A DNA stretch of 33,174 nt from a bacterium UBA6025 (GCA_002429375.1 DIZP01000036.1:1-33174); one strand, 5' to 3'. Counted from the stretch's first letter, positions 10,899 to 22,282 are shown. The notes: generated by a model not told the origin, from the sequence alone. A program made the numbers and translations.

Positions 10899-12328
10899 TG
10901 GGTAAGTCACCGATTGAATTCGGCAAACAACTCACCTCCCACACTACGCCAATCCCGGGTCTGATCGTCTACCACCTGCCCGTTCACGGTGATAGCCGTG
11001 GCTGGTTCAAAGAAAACTGGCAGCATGAAAAAATGACCTCTATCGGCCTGCCCGACCTTGGTCCGGTTCAAAATAACATCAGTTTTAACGAGCAGCGCGG
11101 TGTCACCCGCGGCATTCACGCCGAGCCGTGGGATAAATATATCTCTATCGCCACCGGGCGTATCTTTGGCGCCTGGGTTGACCTGCGCGAAGGCGATAGC
11201 TTCGGGACTGTGTTTACGACCGAGCTTGACCCGTCAAAGGCCATCTTTGTGCCTCGTGGCGTCGGCAACTCCTACCAGGCGCTCGAAGATAACACCGCCT
11301 ACACCTATTTGGTGAATGAGCACTGGAGCGCCGAAGCGCAATCCCAGTACACTTTCCTGAACCTAGCCGACAAAACGGCTAATATCCAATGGCCAATTCC
11401 ACTTGATCAAGCCGAGTTATCCGAAAAAGACAAACTGCATGCCAGCCTGGACGACGTCGTGCCGATGAAACCCAAAAAGACACTCATCGTCGGCGCCTAC
11501 GGCCAACTTGGGCGGGCGCTGCAGCTGGAATTTCCCGATGCTGAATGCGTTGACCGCGACACCTTTGACCTCAGCGACCCGGCGATTATCATTGCCCGCA
11601 ACTGGCGTCAATATGGATTGATCCTCAATGCCGCCGCCTACACAGCCGTTGATTTGGCCGAGACCGATGATGGCCGAAAAGACGCCTGGGAAAGCAACGC
11701 TAGCGCTCTGACCAATTTAGCCCACATCTCGAATAACTTCGGCGTGACCTTGGTCCATATTTCAAGCGATTACGTCTTTGACGGCACGATAGCCAATCAC
11801 CTCGAGACAGAGCGGTTTAGCCCACTTGGTGTCTACGGCCAAACCAAAGCGGCCGGTGATCTTGTCATTACTTCTTCCAAGCGGAGTTATATCGTCCGCA
11901 CCTCGTGGGTAATTGGCGACGGCAACAACTTTGTCCGCACCATGCGCTCGCTGGCCGAGAAAGGTGTCAAGCCCAGTGTCGTCAACGACCAGATCGGTCG
12001 CCTGACCTTCACTAGTGACCTGGCTAGGGCTGTTAAACACCTGGTAGATACGGATGTCGAATATGGCACCTACAATCTCACCGGTGGTGGCCCCAGCGCT
12101 AGCTGGGCGGACGTCGCCGCTGACGTCTACGAGCTGACCGGCCACGATAGGAACGACGTGATGGGCGTAACCACGGCCGACTATTACGCCGGCAAAACAG
12201 GAATCGCCCCACGCCCCTTACAAAGTACTTTGAATCTTGATAAGATAAAAGCCACAGGTTTCGTTCCAACAGATTGGCGCGAGGCATTACAAGAATATTT
12301 ATCGGGTGGCGATAAGGAGAACTCGTGA
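10898..12328 (+). CDS. rfbCD: Bifunctional dTDP-4-dehydrorhamnose 3,5-epimerase / reductase (RmlC-RmlD fusion)
   Basis: N-half [10 protein letters not shown] and [10 protein letters not shown] (RmlC cupin); C-half [26 protein letters not shown] and YGQTK (RmlD). Confidence 0.92.
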
Positions 12329-13173
12329 AGGGAATTATTTTAGCAGGCGGTTCAGGTTCACGACTGTGGCCGATTACCAAGGGTATTAGCAAGCAGCTGA
12401 TGCCGATTTATGACAAGCCGATGATCTACTACCCGCTCACCACCCTGATGCTGGCGGGTATCAAAGACATCCTGATTATCACGACACCCGAAGACCAGTC
12501 CCAGTTCCAACGCCTACTAGGCGATGGCTCGCAATGGGGTATCCACTTGCAGTATACCGTCCAGCCCTCACCAGACGGCCTGGCCCAAGCCTTTATCATT
12601 GGCGAGGAGTTCATCGGCAGCGATAGCGTCGCGCTGGTACTGGGTGACAATATTTTCCATGGCTCAGATCTTGGCACGTCACTTAAAACTTGTATTGATC
12701 CAAACGGTGGTACGGTCTTTGCTTACCGCGTCTCCGACCCGGAACGTTATGGTGTAGTTGAGTTTGACGAAAATAATCAGGCGATCTCAATCGAAGAAAA
12801 ACCCAGCCAACCAAAGTCAGACTTTGCCGTGGTTGGCCTGTATTTTTACGACAATGACGTTGTCGAGATTGCTAAAAACGTCCAACCCAGCGAACGTGGC
12901 GAACTCGAGATAACTAGTATTAACGCGGAATACCTGAAACGCGGTAAACTGACCGTCACGACACTCGATCGCGGCGATGTCTGGCTCGACACCGGTACGA
13001 TTGATTCCATGACCGACGCGGCCGACTATATCCGAGTCGTCCAAACTCGTACCGGCCTGATTATCGGCAGCCCCGAAGAGGTTGCTTATCGCGAAGGATT
13101 TATAAATGCCGAGCAACTGGCCGTACAAGCAGCTCCACTTAAAAAATCAGGGTATGGTGACTATCTAAAATAA
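12325..13173 (+). CDS. rfbA: Glucose-1-phosphate thymidylyltransferase
   Basis: [31 protein letters not shown] and RGELEIT; GTGA overlap with the upstream stop. Confidence 0.97.
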   Translation: MKGIILAGGSGSRLWPITKGISKQLMPIYDKPMIYYPLTTLMLAGIKDILIITTPEDQSQFQRLLGDGSQWGIHLQYTVQPSPDGLAQAFIIGEEFIGSDSVALVLGDNIFHGSDLGTSLKTCIDPNGGTVFAYRVSDPERYGVVEFDENNQAISIEEKPSQPKSDFAVVGLYFYDNDVVEIAKNVQPSERGELEITSINAEYLKRGKLTVTTLDRGDVWLDTGTIDSMTDAADYIRVVQTRTGLIIGSPEEVAYREGFINAEQLAVQAAPLKKSGYGDYLK

Positions 13174-13235
13174 TGCCAAATAGGCTCAGCAAATGGAAAA
13201 TCTTGTTACGGCAAGTCTTTGGAGTGTAGCTAACT

Positions 13236-13649
13236 TTAGTTGTCTCGAGTTTGATTGTATATAAACCTATTGGATGTAAAATAGTTTACGATCATACCTA
13301 CCAAGCTGCCTATTCCTACACATATAAAAACTGCGTAGGTTAAATCTTTAAGAAATGTTATTGAAATAGCATACACGACGTAATTAACAACAGCCCCAAA
13401 AATCATAAGACTTAGATAGTGCGTATATTCTTTCCATAATTTATTATGCAGAGATTTTTTATTCCTAAAAGTTAGGTTGCGGTTAATTAGCCATGTGACT
13501 GTGGCGGCCGTAGCAAACGCAGGTATACGGGAAACATAAGCCCCAAGCAATGGTATTAGAAAAAAAGTAATTGTTGCGTCAACTAAGTAGCCCGCTACTC
13601 CAGAAATTCCAAACAAGAATAATTGTCTTACGATTGTCTTATTTATCAC
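13236..13649 (-). CDS. GtrA-family flippase-like protein
   Basis: 137 aa, four TM helices, FG..G..G..VD and NRNLTF motifs; follows a GtrB-like GT2. Confidence 0.85.
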   Translation of the reverse strand: MINKTIVRQLFLFGISGVAGYLVDATITFFLIPLLGAYVSRIPAFATAATVTWLINRNLTFRNKKSLHNKLWKEYTHYLSLMIFGAVVNYVVYAISITFLKDLTYAVFICVGIGSLVGMIVNYFTSNRFIYNQTRDN

Positions 13650-14592
13650 TCTGTAGCAAACCTCTGATCGACGGTATGCTTAAATACTTCATATGCTTTG
13701 CTTCGCGTCGGCCCTGGGTTACGGTTCGCAGGACGATACCAATAGTAATTGACAGAAATCCGCAAATTGCCAATGAGACAGCGAAGACAAATGTTGGTAT
13801 TTTTGGCACAAGGTGAATCTGAGTAAATTCAATCAATAACGGAATAATTAATATGAGGGCTACGAGCTCAAGAACAGCACCGATTATTCCCCAAAACTCT
13901 CGCGGTTTCTCTGTTGAGTAGAGCCGAAAAATCATTCTTAAGATTTTTACACCATCTTTGTATGTCGACAGCTTACTTACGGAGCCTTCTGGGCGCTCTG
14001 AGTATGGCGTGCTGACTTCCCCATACGGCAAACGCATCTCAAGTGCGTGTACAGATAGTTCAGTTTCCGTCTCAAAACCATATGAGTCAGCCGTAAATGA
14101 CTTAACGAAGCGACGCGAAAATACCCTATAGCCAGAAAGCATGTCGGTGAAGTTACCGTCAAAAATTCTCTGCACCGAACCAGTCAATAGCTTATTGCCA
14201 AGTCGATGTCCTGGGCGATAATTTTCATTATCAGTCGACTCTTCAGCTCGACAACCCACTACCATATCAAGGTCTTCGTCAATCAATTTCTGTACCATAC
14301 CCGAAGCAGATGCAGCGTCATAGGTTGCATCGCCATCAACCATAATATAGATATCAGCATCGACATCAGCAAACATACGACGAACGACATTACCTTTTCC
14401 TGCCAATTTAACAAACTTAACTATTGCGCCGGCCTTTGATGCAACTTTTGAAGTGTTATCTTGTGAATTATTATCAAAGACATAAACACTAGCCTGTGGT
14501 AGTGTTTTTTTGAAATCCTCAACGACTGTAGCAATAGCTGCTTCTTCGTTGTAGCATGGAATAATTACTGCGGTTCGTGGTCGATTACTCAT
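13639..14592 (-). CDS. Glycosyltransferase family 2, polyprenol-phosphate glycosyltransferase (GtrB/DPM-like)
   Basis: IPCYNEE, FDNNSQD, VDGDATY and DMLSGYRVFSRRF motifs; two C-terminal TM helices. Confidence 0.88.
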   Translation of the reverse strand: MSNRPRTAVIIPCYNEEAAIATVVEDFKKTLPQASVYVFDNNSQDNTSKVASKAGAIVKFVKLAGKGNVVRRMFADVDADIYIMVDGDATYDAASASGMVQKLIDEDLDMVVGCRAEESTDNENYRPGHRLGNKLLTGSVQRIFDGNFTDMLSGYRVFSRRFVKSFTADSYGFETETELSVHALEMRLPYGEVSTPYSERPEGSVSKLSTYKDGVKILRMIFRLYSTEKPREFWGIIGAVLELVALILIIPLLIEFTQIHLVPKIPTFVFAVSLAICGFLSITIGIVLRTVTQGRREAKHMKYLSIPSIRGLLQSDK

Positions 14593-14803
14593 TGTGTTAA
14601 CTAACTCCTGTGATGTTATTGTAACATGGCGGTTAAGCGTTTATCTGAATTCAAAACTACGAGAACCTACCGTAATACATAGCTCTATATGCTTTTAGCG
14701 CATTAATATTGACTAATCTAGAGCTACTGATAATTGTCAAAGATACAATAGTATAATGCTTGTAATTATAGTATAATAAAACAAAAGGCGTTTAAAATAA
14801 ACA

Positions 14804-15361
14804 ATGAAATATGTAACCAAAAAAACATTTCCAAAAAAAATAATCATCGCTAGCGCCGTGATCATATTACTGGTTGCGGGGGCACTGACGTATGTATATG
14901 CTTTTAACGGCAACCTATTCGGCTGGAAAGCGTCCAATAACGTGCCCAGTGGCAATAACAAAATTGATTATGGTCCAGCGACATCTGAGCAGCAAAAAGC
15001 CGGAACTAATACTAAAACCAGCTCAGCCGACACTCCGCCCGCTCCTACACCAATTCCAAGCAGTACAAAGAAAAACGTTCAAGTTACTATTACGGCCGCA
15101 AATCAAAATGGATCAATCCTCCAGATTAGAGCCCTTATCGGTGCTGTCGAAAATACAGGTACATGTACCCTCGTCCTTACGCGTGCAGGACAATCTTCTG
15201 TTACAAAAACCGCTGGTACGCAAGCACTTTCGAGTACCTCAACCTGCCAGGGCTTCGACGTACCGACCTCTGAATTGTCCACCGGAACATGGCAAGCGCT
15301 TATTACCTATGACAGCCACACACTCACCGGATCTGCAACAAAAAGCATAACGGTACAGTAA
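14804..15361 (+). CDS. Membrane-anchored hypothetical protein (signal anchor, Pro/Thr linker, beta-rich domain with two Cys)
   Basis: Basic N-terminus plus hydrophobic helix; TPPAPTPIP linker; GTCTL...TCQGF. Confidence 0.7.
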   Translation: MKYVTKKTFPKKIIIASAVIILLVAGALTYVYAFNGNLFGWKASNNVPSGNNKIDYGPATSEQQKAGTNTKTSSADTPPAPTPIPSSTKKNVQVTITAANQNGSILQIRALIGAVENTGTCTLVLTRAGQSSVTKTAGTQALSSTSTCQGFDVPTSELSTGTWQALITYDSHTLTGSATKSITVQ

Positions 15362-15367
15362 CCCATT

Positions 15368-17533
15368 ATGAATGAGGCCATACTAAACACCCTGACAAAA
15401 CATCAACGCCCCTCATCTATGTCGACTGGCACCCGTTACGCCATATATTTAGCATTATTCCTCGGGACTCTCTTCATTATGGCATCGAGCGTAACCTTTA
15501 ATACCGCCCACGCAAGTCCAGTGGTCGGATTTAACGCCGGGCGTATTATCGACGACGGTGTATTTACAAACAGCAGTTCGATGAATGTCAGTCAGATTCA
15601 AGCTTTTCTAAGTAGCAAAGTGGCTACGTGCGACACCAACGGGACTCAAATAGCATCCGAGTACGGCTCAAGCCTCACGCACGCACAATATGCCGCTTCA
15701 AAAGGCTGGGCCGCGCCCCCTTATACATGTCTTAAGGATTATAGTGAAAATGGTATTAGCTCCGCTCAGATTATCTACAACCTTTCCCAGCAATACCAAA
15801 TCAATCCGCAAGTTTTTATTGTGTTATTACAAAAGGAGCAGGGGCTTGTTACCGACACCTGGCCACTATCTACACAATACCGTACCGCGACGGGTTACGG
15901 CTGTCCTGACACCGCAGCCTGTGACACAACTTACTACGGTTTTACCAATCAAGTAACCTGGTCAGCTAAGATGTTCCGAGCGGTCATAAACAACAGCCCC
16001 ACTTGGTATTCCCCCTATATACTTGGCAACAACAATATCCAATGGAACCCAAGTAGCTCATGCGGTAGCTCTACAGTAAACATCCAGAACCGTTCAACTC
16101 AGGCATTGTACGACTACACTCCATATCAACCAAATCAAGCCGCCCTTGACGCCGGCTATGGAATGGGTAATAGCTGTAGTGCTTACGGAAACCGCAATTT
16201 CTATCTGTACTTTACAGATTGGTTCGGGTCGACCTATTTCACACCGGTCACAAAATGTGACAGCAAAATTACAGGAGTTGTTTGCGTATGGAGCGTAAGA
16301 AAAAGTGATGGCTCACAATTCCTCACGTCGTCCGAGACCGAGCTAAGCAGCGCAATGTATAGTTACGGTTGGATCGATGAGGGTATCGATTTTTATGCGT
16401 CAAGTACACAAAAATCGGGAACAGTGCCCATTCATCGTTTACTCAATAACAACACGCACTATTACACTGCAGACCAGTCAGAATATAGTAGCCTGCTAAG
16501 TGCTGGTGGCTGGATAGATGAAGGCGTTCCGTTCTACGTCTACCCCTCGACCACTTCAACCAACGCATCGCACGGGATTTATCGGCTATATAACTCCAGT
16601 CTGAATCAGCATTATTGGACTCTTGATGAAAACATGAAGACCTATCTCATCAATACGGGCTATTCGCTGGAATCGAGCCCCTTCAACACCTTTAGTGGCC
16701 TGGTAGATCTGCCAATACCGGCGACCGGACGAATAAATATTTATGGGCTTAAGGAAAATGTTGGCCATTTCTACACGACGAGTTTACCTGAACTGGAATC
16801 TGTAGTTAAGCGGGGCTACCCGTATGATGGCGTGCTGACTACGGCGAGCGAAGCCAACGCTGGTACGGCAATATATCGGCTACAGTCTGCCGGTCGGCAC
16901 TTCTACACTGCCAATGCCTCTGAACGAGATCTCGCCGTATCTAAGTATGGGTACACGTATGAAGGAATCGGATTCTATCTCGATGACAGCAGTGCTCAAA
17001 TTTATCGACTAGACAACACAGAGAACGGTGGCTATCTATACACCAGCAATATTGACGATGTCATGGCACTCGCAAACGCTAACGGATGGGCCTACGAAGA
17101 TGTGCTTGTCGACAAAAATAGTAACCCTTCCCCCGTGTATAGATTCCTGAATATATTGAATAACAGACACTTTTATACAATTGACATAAACGAAGGTGCA
17201 CGAATAGCCAACAAGGGCTGGAAGTATGAGACGGTTGCATTCTACGCAGACACAAGCACCGGCCTACCCGTTTACCGACTACTCTCGTACGATAAGCATT
17301 TCTACACCACTAATGCTTCTGAGCGAGATCTCGCCGTAAGCAAGTATGGGTACGTGTATGAAGGGATAGCTTTTTACGTCAGTCAAACCGTAACGGGCCA
17401 GCCAGCCTACCGACTACAGGGAGGGAATGACGAGTACTTTTACACCGCCAGCAGCTCAGAAAAAGATCTCGCCGTAAGCAAGTATGGGTACGTGTATGAG
17501 GGTGAGGGATTCTATCTCCCGCCGGGTAACTAG
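15368..17533 (+). CDS. Secreted surface protein with a Cys-containing N-terminal domain and about nine DUF5648-like repeats
   Basis: Signal peptide ending AHA; INPQV...LLQKEQ, GYGCPD and YTPYQPN; repeated YRL...HFYT...E...G(W/Y).YEG units; true start may be slightly downstream. Confidence 0.75.
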   Translation: MNEAILNTLTKHQRPSSMSTGTRYAIYLALFLGTLFIMASSVTFNTAHASPVVGFNAGRIIDDGVFTNSSSMNVSQIQAFLSSKVATCDTNGTQIASEYGSSLTHAQYAASKGWAAPPYTCLKDYSENGISSAQIIYNLSQQYQINPQVFIVLLQKEQGLVTDTWPLSTQYRTATGYGCPDTAACDTTYYGFTNQVTWSAKMFRAVINNSPTWYSPYILGNNNIQWNPSSSCGSSTVNIQNRSTQALYDYTPYQPNQAALDAGYGMGNSCSAYGNRNFYLYFTDWFGSTYFTPVTKCDSKITGVVCVWSVRKSDGSQFLTSSETELSSAMYSYGWIDEGIDFYASSTQKSGTVPIHRLLNNNTHYYTADQSEYSSLLSAGGWIDEGVPFYVYPSTTSTNASHGIYRLYNSSLNQHYWTLDENMKTYLINTGYSLESSPFNTFSGLVDLPIPATGRINIYGLKENVGHFYTTSLPELESVVKRGYPYDGVLTTASEANAGTAIYRLQSAGRHFYTANASERDLAVSKYGYTYEGIGFYLDDSSAQIYRLDNTENGGYLYTSNIDDVMALANANGWAYEDVLVDKNSNPSPVYRFLNILNNRHFYTIDINEGARIANKGWKYETVAFYADTSTGLPVYRLLSYDKHFYTTNASERDLAVSKYGYVYEGIAFYVSQTVTGQPAYRLQGGNDEYFYTASSSEKDLAVSKYGYVYEGEGFYLPPGN
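16925..17499 (+). repeat. Intragenic near-identical repeat units encoding DLAVSKYGY(T/V)YEG
   Basis: Exact 36-bp AGATCTCGCCGTAAGCAAGTATGGGTACGTGTATGA at 17326-17361 and 17464-17499; a diverged copy starts near 16925. Confidence 0.85.
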
Positions 17534-17619
17534 TTTGGAGCTACGCGACACTTCTTATTCTCCCTGTTGTAGTGTATTATTTGTCATAGCGCACCAACCA
17601 ACAATGGCTATAAGTTAGT

Positions 17620-19254
17620 ATGAAAATAGTTACGTTACCTTCTATAAAAACTGCTCTGAGATTATCCTATATAGGTAAGGCCGAGATGTTATTCTCTGCT
17701 ATTTTTACTGTAATCCTAGTGTCTGGCTACCTCCTATCGACATATGGAAGTCTAGACGCCGCCCCCCTAGGCGCAGGATCAATCTTGGTATACCTTTGTG
17801 GATCGGTAGTTATTTGGGCCATATTACTCTTTTGTTTCGCAGCTACCAAGCAATCACTGTTACGAAAATACGAAACCACTCGAGTCGCCTTACTGGAAAA
17901 CTTCTCGGACAAAAAATTATGGCTCCTGACTTCCCTCGCAATATTTATCTGTTATCTTCCAATAATCTTACTATCCCTCTCCGTCTTGACCCCCGACTCT
18001 TGGAGTAGTATTGCCCAATCAACCGGTGGAGCGCCCCTAAGCAATGCTCATCCTATAATTTTTACGACATTTGTGAGTATCTTTATCCATATCGGCTTGT
18101 TGTTTGGAAGCGTGGAGGTTGGCGCCCTACTCTTTTCGCTCGTTCAGTCGGCAATTTTGGCGATGATTTTTGCTCAAATTATCGTGTGGATGCGCAAAGA
18201 AAAAATCAGCAGAGGTGTGATCATTGCAACATTTCTTTTTTATGCAATTCTGCCGATCAACGCCATCGCTGGGATTATCATGTGGAAGGATGTCTTATTT
18301 GCAGGCTTCGGTCTTTTATTCTTAATGCTACTACGGCAACTATACATAGAGAAGGATGCGTTCTTCACTAAGAAAAATGTTATATATTTTATCTTACTTG
18401 CGTTTTTATTTTGTACTTGGAGAAATAACGGTTTCTATGCATATCTTCTTTTCTTGATCTTAGCTATTATTATAAATCGAAAAACATTCTTCAATAAGAA
18501 GTATTTGTCCCTATTACTCTCGCCAATCTTTATGTTCGTTGGTTACTCGGTTTTAGTCACGTTAATAACAAGCCCGGCTCCAGGTACAGTAATGATGACA
18601 GTGCCCCTACAGCAAATTGCCCGAACAGTTAAATATCATAGCAACTCTATTTCCGAAGAAGATAGGCATACAATAGGCGAGATACTCTCTTACGAACAAC
18701 TGGGCAAAGTTTATAACCCAAACCTAGCAGATCCCGTATTATATACCTTCAATGAAAAGGTGTTCAAGGAAAATGAAGGTAAATACATAAAATTATGGTT
18801 TAAACTTTTTATGGAACATAAGAAAACGTATATAGCCGCATCTCTATATAACACCTACGGATATGTCTATCCATTTAGCTCGTCCTCTACAATAACTGAT
18901 ATCACAATGGATAACGCAAGCCATTTTAACGCCCTGAAAGGATACTCTGACATCGCCTATAGCGATGGTGGCAAGCTGGCAGTAGGAAAGTACCGGGATC
19001 TTATTATGAGCATAGTTCCTCTCTTTCGTAATATAGGCTTCTACACTTGTATCATTCTACTCGGAGCATACATCGCGGTTATTAGAAGAAGACGGGAGCT
19101 TACAGGAGTATTTGTCATTCTGTCGTGTTTGTTCCTTACCACTATACTAGGCCCCGTCAACGGAGAGTTTAGGTACCTATACTTGTTTGTCATAGCTGCT
19201 CCATTTGTCATCGGGGCGGTCAATTCTGGTCATAATCTTAAGAGGAGTAAGTAA
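17620..19254 (+). CDS. Multi-pass membrane protein, DUF6020-like, probable GT-C glycosyltransferase
   Basis: TPDS..SIAQ, NAHP..T, WKD.LF, RNNG, PLQQIAR and FRY motifs. Confidence 0.65.
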   Translation: MKIVTLPSIKTALRLSYIGKAEMLFSAIFTVILVSGYLLSTYGSLDAAPLGAGSILVYLCGSVVIWAILLFCFAATKQSLLRKYETTRVALLENFSDKKLWLLTSLAIFICYLPIILLSLSVLTPDSWSSIAQSTGGAPLSNAHPIIFTTFVSIFIHIGLLFGSVEVGALLFSLVQSAILAMIFAQIIVWMRKEKISRGVIIATFLFYAILPINAIAGIIMWKDVLFAGFGLLFLMLLRQLYIEKDAFFTKKNVIYFILLAFLFCTWRNNGFYAYLLFLILAIIINRKTFFNKKYLSLLLSPIFMFVGYSVLVTLITSPAPGTVMMTVPLQQIARTVKYHSNSISEEDRHTIGEILSYEQLGKVYNPNLADPVLYTFNEKVFKENEGKYIKLWFKLFMEHKKTYIAASLYNTYGYVYPFSSSSTITDITMDNASHFNALKGYSDIAYSDGGKLAVGKYRDLIMSIVPLFRNIGFYTCIILLGAYIAVIRRRRELTGVFVILSCLFLTTILGPVNGEFRYLYLFVIAAPFVIGAVNSGHNLKRSK

Positions 19255-19258
19255 AGTC

Positions 19259-20548
19259 ATGGTTAAAAAATTATTTATTAAAGATTACTTACGGAAATCT
19301 ACATTATTAGTTAAGACCTACAGAAAAACCAAGAATCTATCTCCGGCAACAAGGCAACGGCTGCTTCGAATATCGCGCATTAAGAATATCCCAAAATGGA
19401 GACGTTACCAGAACTATGTACTAAACCAACAGCTTAATAAGCAGGACTTCGTACCTATAACCGAAAAAAAGTATTCTGGTAAAGCACCGAAGAAATTAAT
19501 CGCCTATTATCTGCCACAGTACTATCAAATCCCTCAAAACGACGAGTGGTTTGGTCGAGGCTTTACCGAGTGGAGCAACTGTGCAAAAGCAGTGCCTCAA
19601 TTTGAAGGGCACTGGCAGCCACATCTACCTATAGATGTAGGCTTCTACAATCTTGAAACGACCCACGCAATGCACCGCCAGATGGAACTCGCAAAAATGT
19701 ATGGTATTCAAGGGTTCTGTTTCTACTATTATTGGTTTTCTGGTGGCAACAAAATTATGGAAAAACCGATTAACAATTGGCTAAACGATAAAACATTAGA
19801 TTTCCCTTTCATGTTGTTTTGGGCAAATGAAGACTGGACAAATACGTGGGGCGAGCAGGCCCATATTGGCACTATGACCTATAGCGCAAAGATGAAGCCG
19901 AGCGACGTAGAAAAGTTTGTTAACGACATTCTGCCATTCTTTAAAGATAACCGGTACATAACTGTCGATGGCAGGCCTCATGTAATTATCTATCAATCCA
20001 AAAAAGACCCCTATCTTCCGGAGTTTATCAAAAAAATCGGTGAGTTGCTTGAAAAAGATGATATAAAAAAGCCCTATATTTCATTAGTGTTCCCGGATGA
20101 TTTTGATAAAGATTTTGATCCAAGAGATTTCGGTGCTGATGCGGCGGTCGAATTTGGTGCACATCTAAAAACTATGCCGAAGAATATTCCGATTCTGGCA
20201 ACAAATAAAAAACTCATGAATCCGTTAGCAAAGGTTACTGAGTACGATATGGATTCGTATATCAAAGAAGATACATTCTTATATAAAACGAGTTACCCAG
20301 TTTTCAAGGGAGCTATGACACACTTCGACAGCACTGCTCGGAAAATCTACACGGGCGCGCAAATATTTTCGACTCCACCCGAACTTTATCAAAAATGGCT
20401 GACAAAAATAATTAAAGAATCGCAAACAGACCAGGTTTTTATAACTGCATGGAATGAATGGGCTGAAGGAATGCATCTTGAACCCGATCAGAAATATGGA
20501 TATGCCTATCTTCAGGCGACAAAAAATGCGCTCGAAGATGCTTCATAA
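19259..20548 (+). CDS. WbsX-family / GH99-like domain protein
   Basis: AYYLPQYY, GFTEW.N, GFCFYYYWF, WANEDW and AWNEWAEGMHLEPD; ATG 19259 is preceded by GAGGAG. Confidence 0.85.
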   Translation: MVKKLFIKDYLRKSTLLVKTYRKTKNLSPATRQRLLRISRIKNIPKWRRYQNYVLNQQLNKQDFVPITEKKYSGKAPKKLIAYYLPQYYQIPQNDEWFGRGFTEWSNCAKAVPQFEGHWQPHLPIDVGFYNLETTHAMHRQMELAKMYGIQGFCFYYYWFSGGNKIMEKPINNWLNDKTLDFPFMLFWANEDWTNTWGEQAHIGTMTYSAKMKPSDVEKFVNDILPFFKDNRYITVDGRPHVIIYQSKKDPYLPEFIKKIGELLEKDDIKKPYISLVFPDDFDKDFDPRDFGADAAVEFGAHLKTMPKNIPILATNKKLMNPLAKVTEYDMDSYIKEDTFLYKTSYPVFKGAMTHFDSTARKIYTGAQIFSTPPELYQKWLTKIIKESQTDQVFITAWNEWAEGMHLEPDQKYGYAYLQATKNALEDAS

Positions 20549-20566
20549 GCTTAATTAAATAAACAG

Positions 20567-22282
20567 CTAGCCAACGTGCTTATAGCTTGATCTGTATGAT
20601 TTTTCAGGAAGCTCACTCACTACAGAATTTTCTACTACAAACATCTTCTTATGAGTCACTTCATGTAATATCTTTCCGAAGACACGCTCTAGTGCATGTG
20701 CCGTAGTCCCATCTACTTGCCCCCTCTCTGTATCAAAATTGGCAGGGGATAGATTTGATTGTAGTAGTGGAGAGAGGAAATCGACTCGACACCAAAACAT
20801 TGTCCCGCCAAAAAAGGGATATTTACTCGAAGAACCTAGAATCCTAAGGATTGTCTTGTCGTCAGTTAGTGGCGCTATTATTGTTGCGATACGTTGTCTA
20901 TTATCGCCCATATATTTACTAAGAGAGACTACGTGACCGGCAGGTCCGATTGCCCCAGTATCTGGGTTTTTGAGTGTTTTTATTATTTTAGATATGTCGG
21001 ATGGAATGAGTTCGCCCAGTAGACTGTTTAGCCACTCACCTCCGTCTTTACGGTGTAAACTTTTTTTACTGTGGAGTTTTAGTATGTATTTATATTGATT
21101 TTCTTGTCTAATCCTCTCCGAGATTAGAAGGAAAGGAAGTACATCTCTTCCGCGATTTGGGAAAGATGCAATGTTCGTTACCTTATGGTATTTACTCACC
21201 TTGTCTAATACTAATTCTTTATCCTTTGTCTGGACTGACACGAATAAATCAAATGGTACGTTGATTCGAGCTAGTTTCTTACTTATTACTGGCCACAGTG
21301 AAGGATAATAAAGATGCAAAACAACCGCCAGCTTAGTTTCCGGTGAGGTTTCTAGATATAAAGATTCGGTAAGTTTATGATATTTCGCATTTCTTGTGTC
21401 CCCTAACACTTTCCACACAATTTTATTGCGTGACAGTATTTTTCTAAGTGCTTTTCTTGTAGTGGCGTGTGTACCATCCTTTTTAATAGATTTTATTATC
21501 ACGCGGGGATAGCGCATTCCAAATACCCTCATCACAATATTGGGGTGTCTTACTCTAACTAGCCTATTGGGGTCAATTACCTTGCTGCCATATTTATTTT
21601 TATATTTCGTTAAAATTTCAACAAAATGCTTCGTATCCTCTTTCGGATCATTTCTTGACCCGCGTGTACCTTGGCGGATGCGATAGTTGATACAGTTATC
21701 TTTTGCGAGCTTAAACTTAGCGCCATCAAGCGATAGTCCGATAAAAAAGTCCCAGTCTTCGGCCACTTTCTCAACCTCGAATCGGTGGTCTTTTATTGCC
21801 TGCTTTTTAATTAATGACGCAGGCGTACAGTGTAGTTTTTGAAGTTGTAGTAGTTCTGATTTAAATTCTGGAAAGTCAGTGTCTGGGCGGCCAAGCCATT
21901 CGCCAACGAAGTGCCAGTTTGGATAAACAACATCAGCATCGTGCTCTTTTGCGATTTTATAGCTCTTACTTATGTAATTGCGATTAAAGTAGTCGTCGGC
22001 ATCCAAATAACAAATGAATTCGCCCTTTGCAAGTTCTATGCCTTCATTACGCGTATAGACAACGCCTTTATTTTTACGACTAACATACTTAATATTTCGC
22101 CCTTGGTTCTTACTAACGAGTTCTTTTATGATTTCATCGCTATTGTCTGTAGATCCATCATTAATAATGATTAGTTCGATATTTCGGTAAGTCTGAGCTA
22201 ACACACTCTCAATTGCTTTAGTAATATATTGATCGTAATTATAGTTGGTAATAATGACTGAAATTAGAGGTTTGTTTTTCAT
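20567..22282 (-). CDS. GT2 glycosyltransferase fused to a rhamnan synthesis protein F (RgpF)-like domain
   Basis: N-terminal SVIITNYN, INDGSTD, LDADD; C-terminal HLYY, NRGRDVLPF, KLHSKKS, GTMFW and HALER. Confidence 0.87.
   Translation of the reverse strand: MKNKPLISVIITNYNYDQYITKAIESVLAQTYRNIELIIINDGSTDNSDEIIKELVSKNQGRNIKYVSRKNKGVVYTRNEGIELAKGEFICYLDADDYFNRNYISKSYKIAKEHDADVVYPNWHFVGEWLGRPDTDFPEFKSELLQLQKLHCTPASLIKKQAIKDHRFEVEKVAEDWDFFIGLSLDGAKFKLAKDNCINYRIRQGTRGSRNDPKEDTKHFVEILTKYKNKYGSKVIDPNRLVRVRHPNIVMRVFGMRYPRVIIKSIKKDGTHATTRKALRKILSRNKIVWKVLGDTRNAKYHKLTESLYLETSPETKLAVVLHLYYPSLWPVISKKLARINVPFDLFVSVQTKDKELVLDKVSKYHKVTNIASFPNRGRDVLPFLLISERIRQENQYKYILKLHSKKSLHRKDGGEWLNSLLGELIPSDISKIIKTLKNPDTGAIGPAGHVVSLSKYMGDNRQRIATIIAPLTDDKTILRILGSSSKYPFFGGTMFWCRVDFLSPLLQSNLSPANFDTERGQVDGTTAHALERVFGKILHEVTHKKMFVVENSVVSELPEKSYRSSYKHVG

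Noticed and set aside
16925..17499. Diversity-generating retroelement TR/VR pair
   Set aside because: The repeats are short in-frame protein repeats, differences are not adenine-specific, and no reverse transcriptase is present
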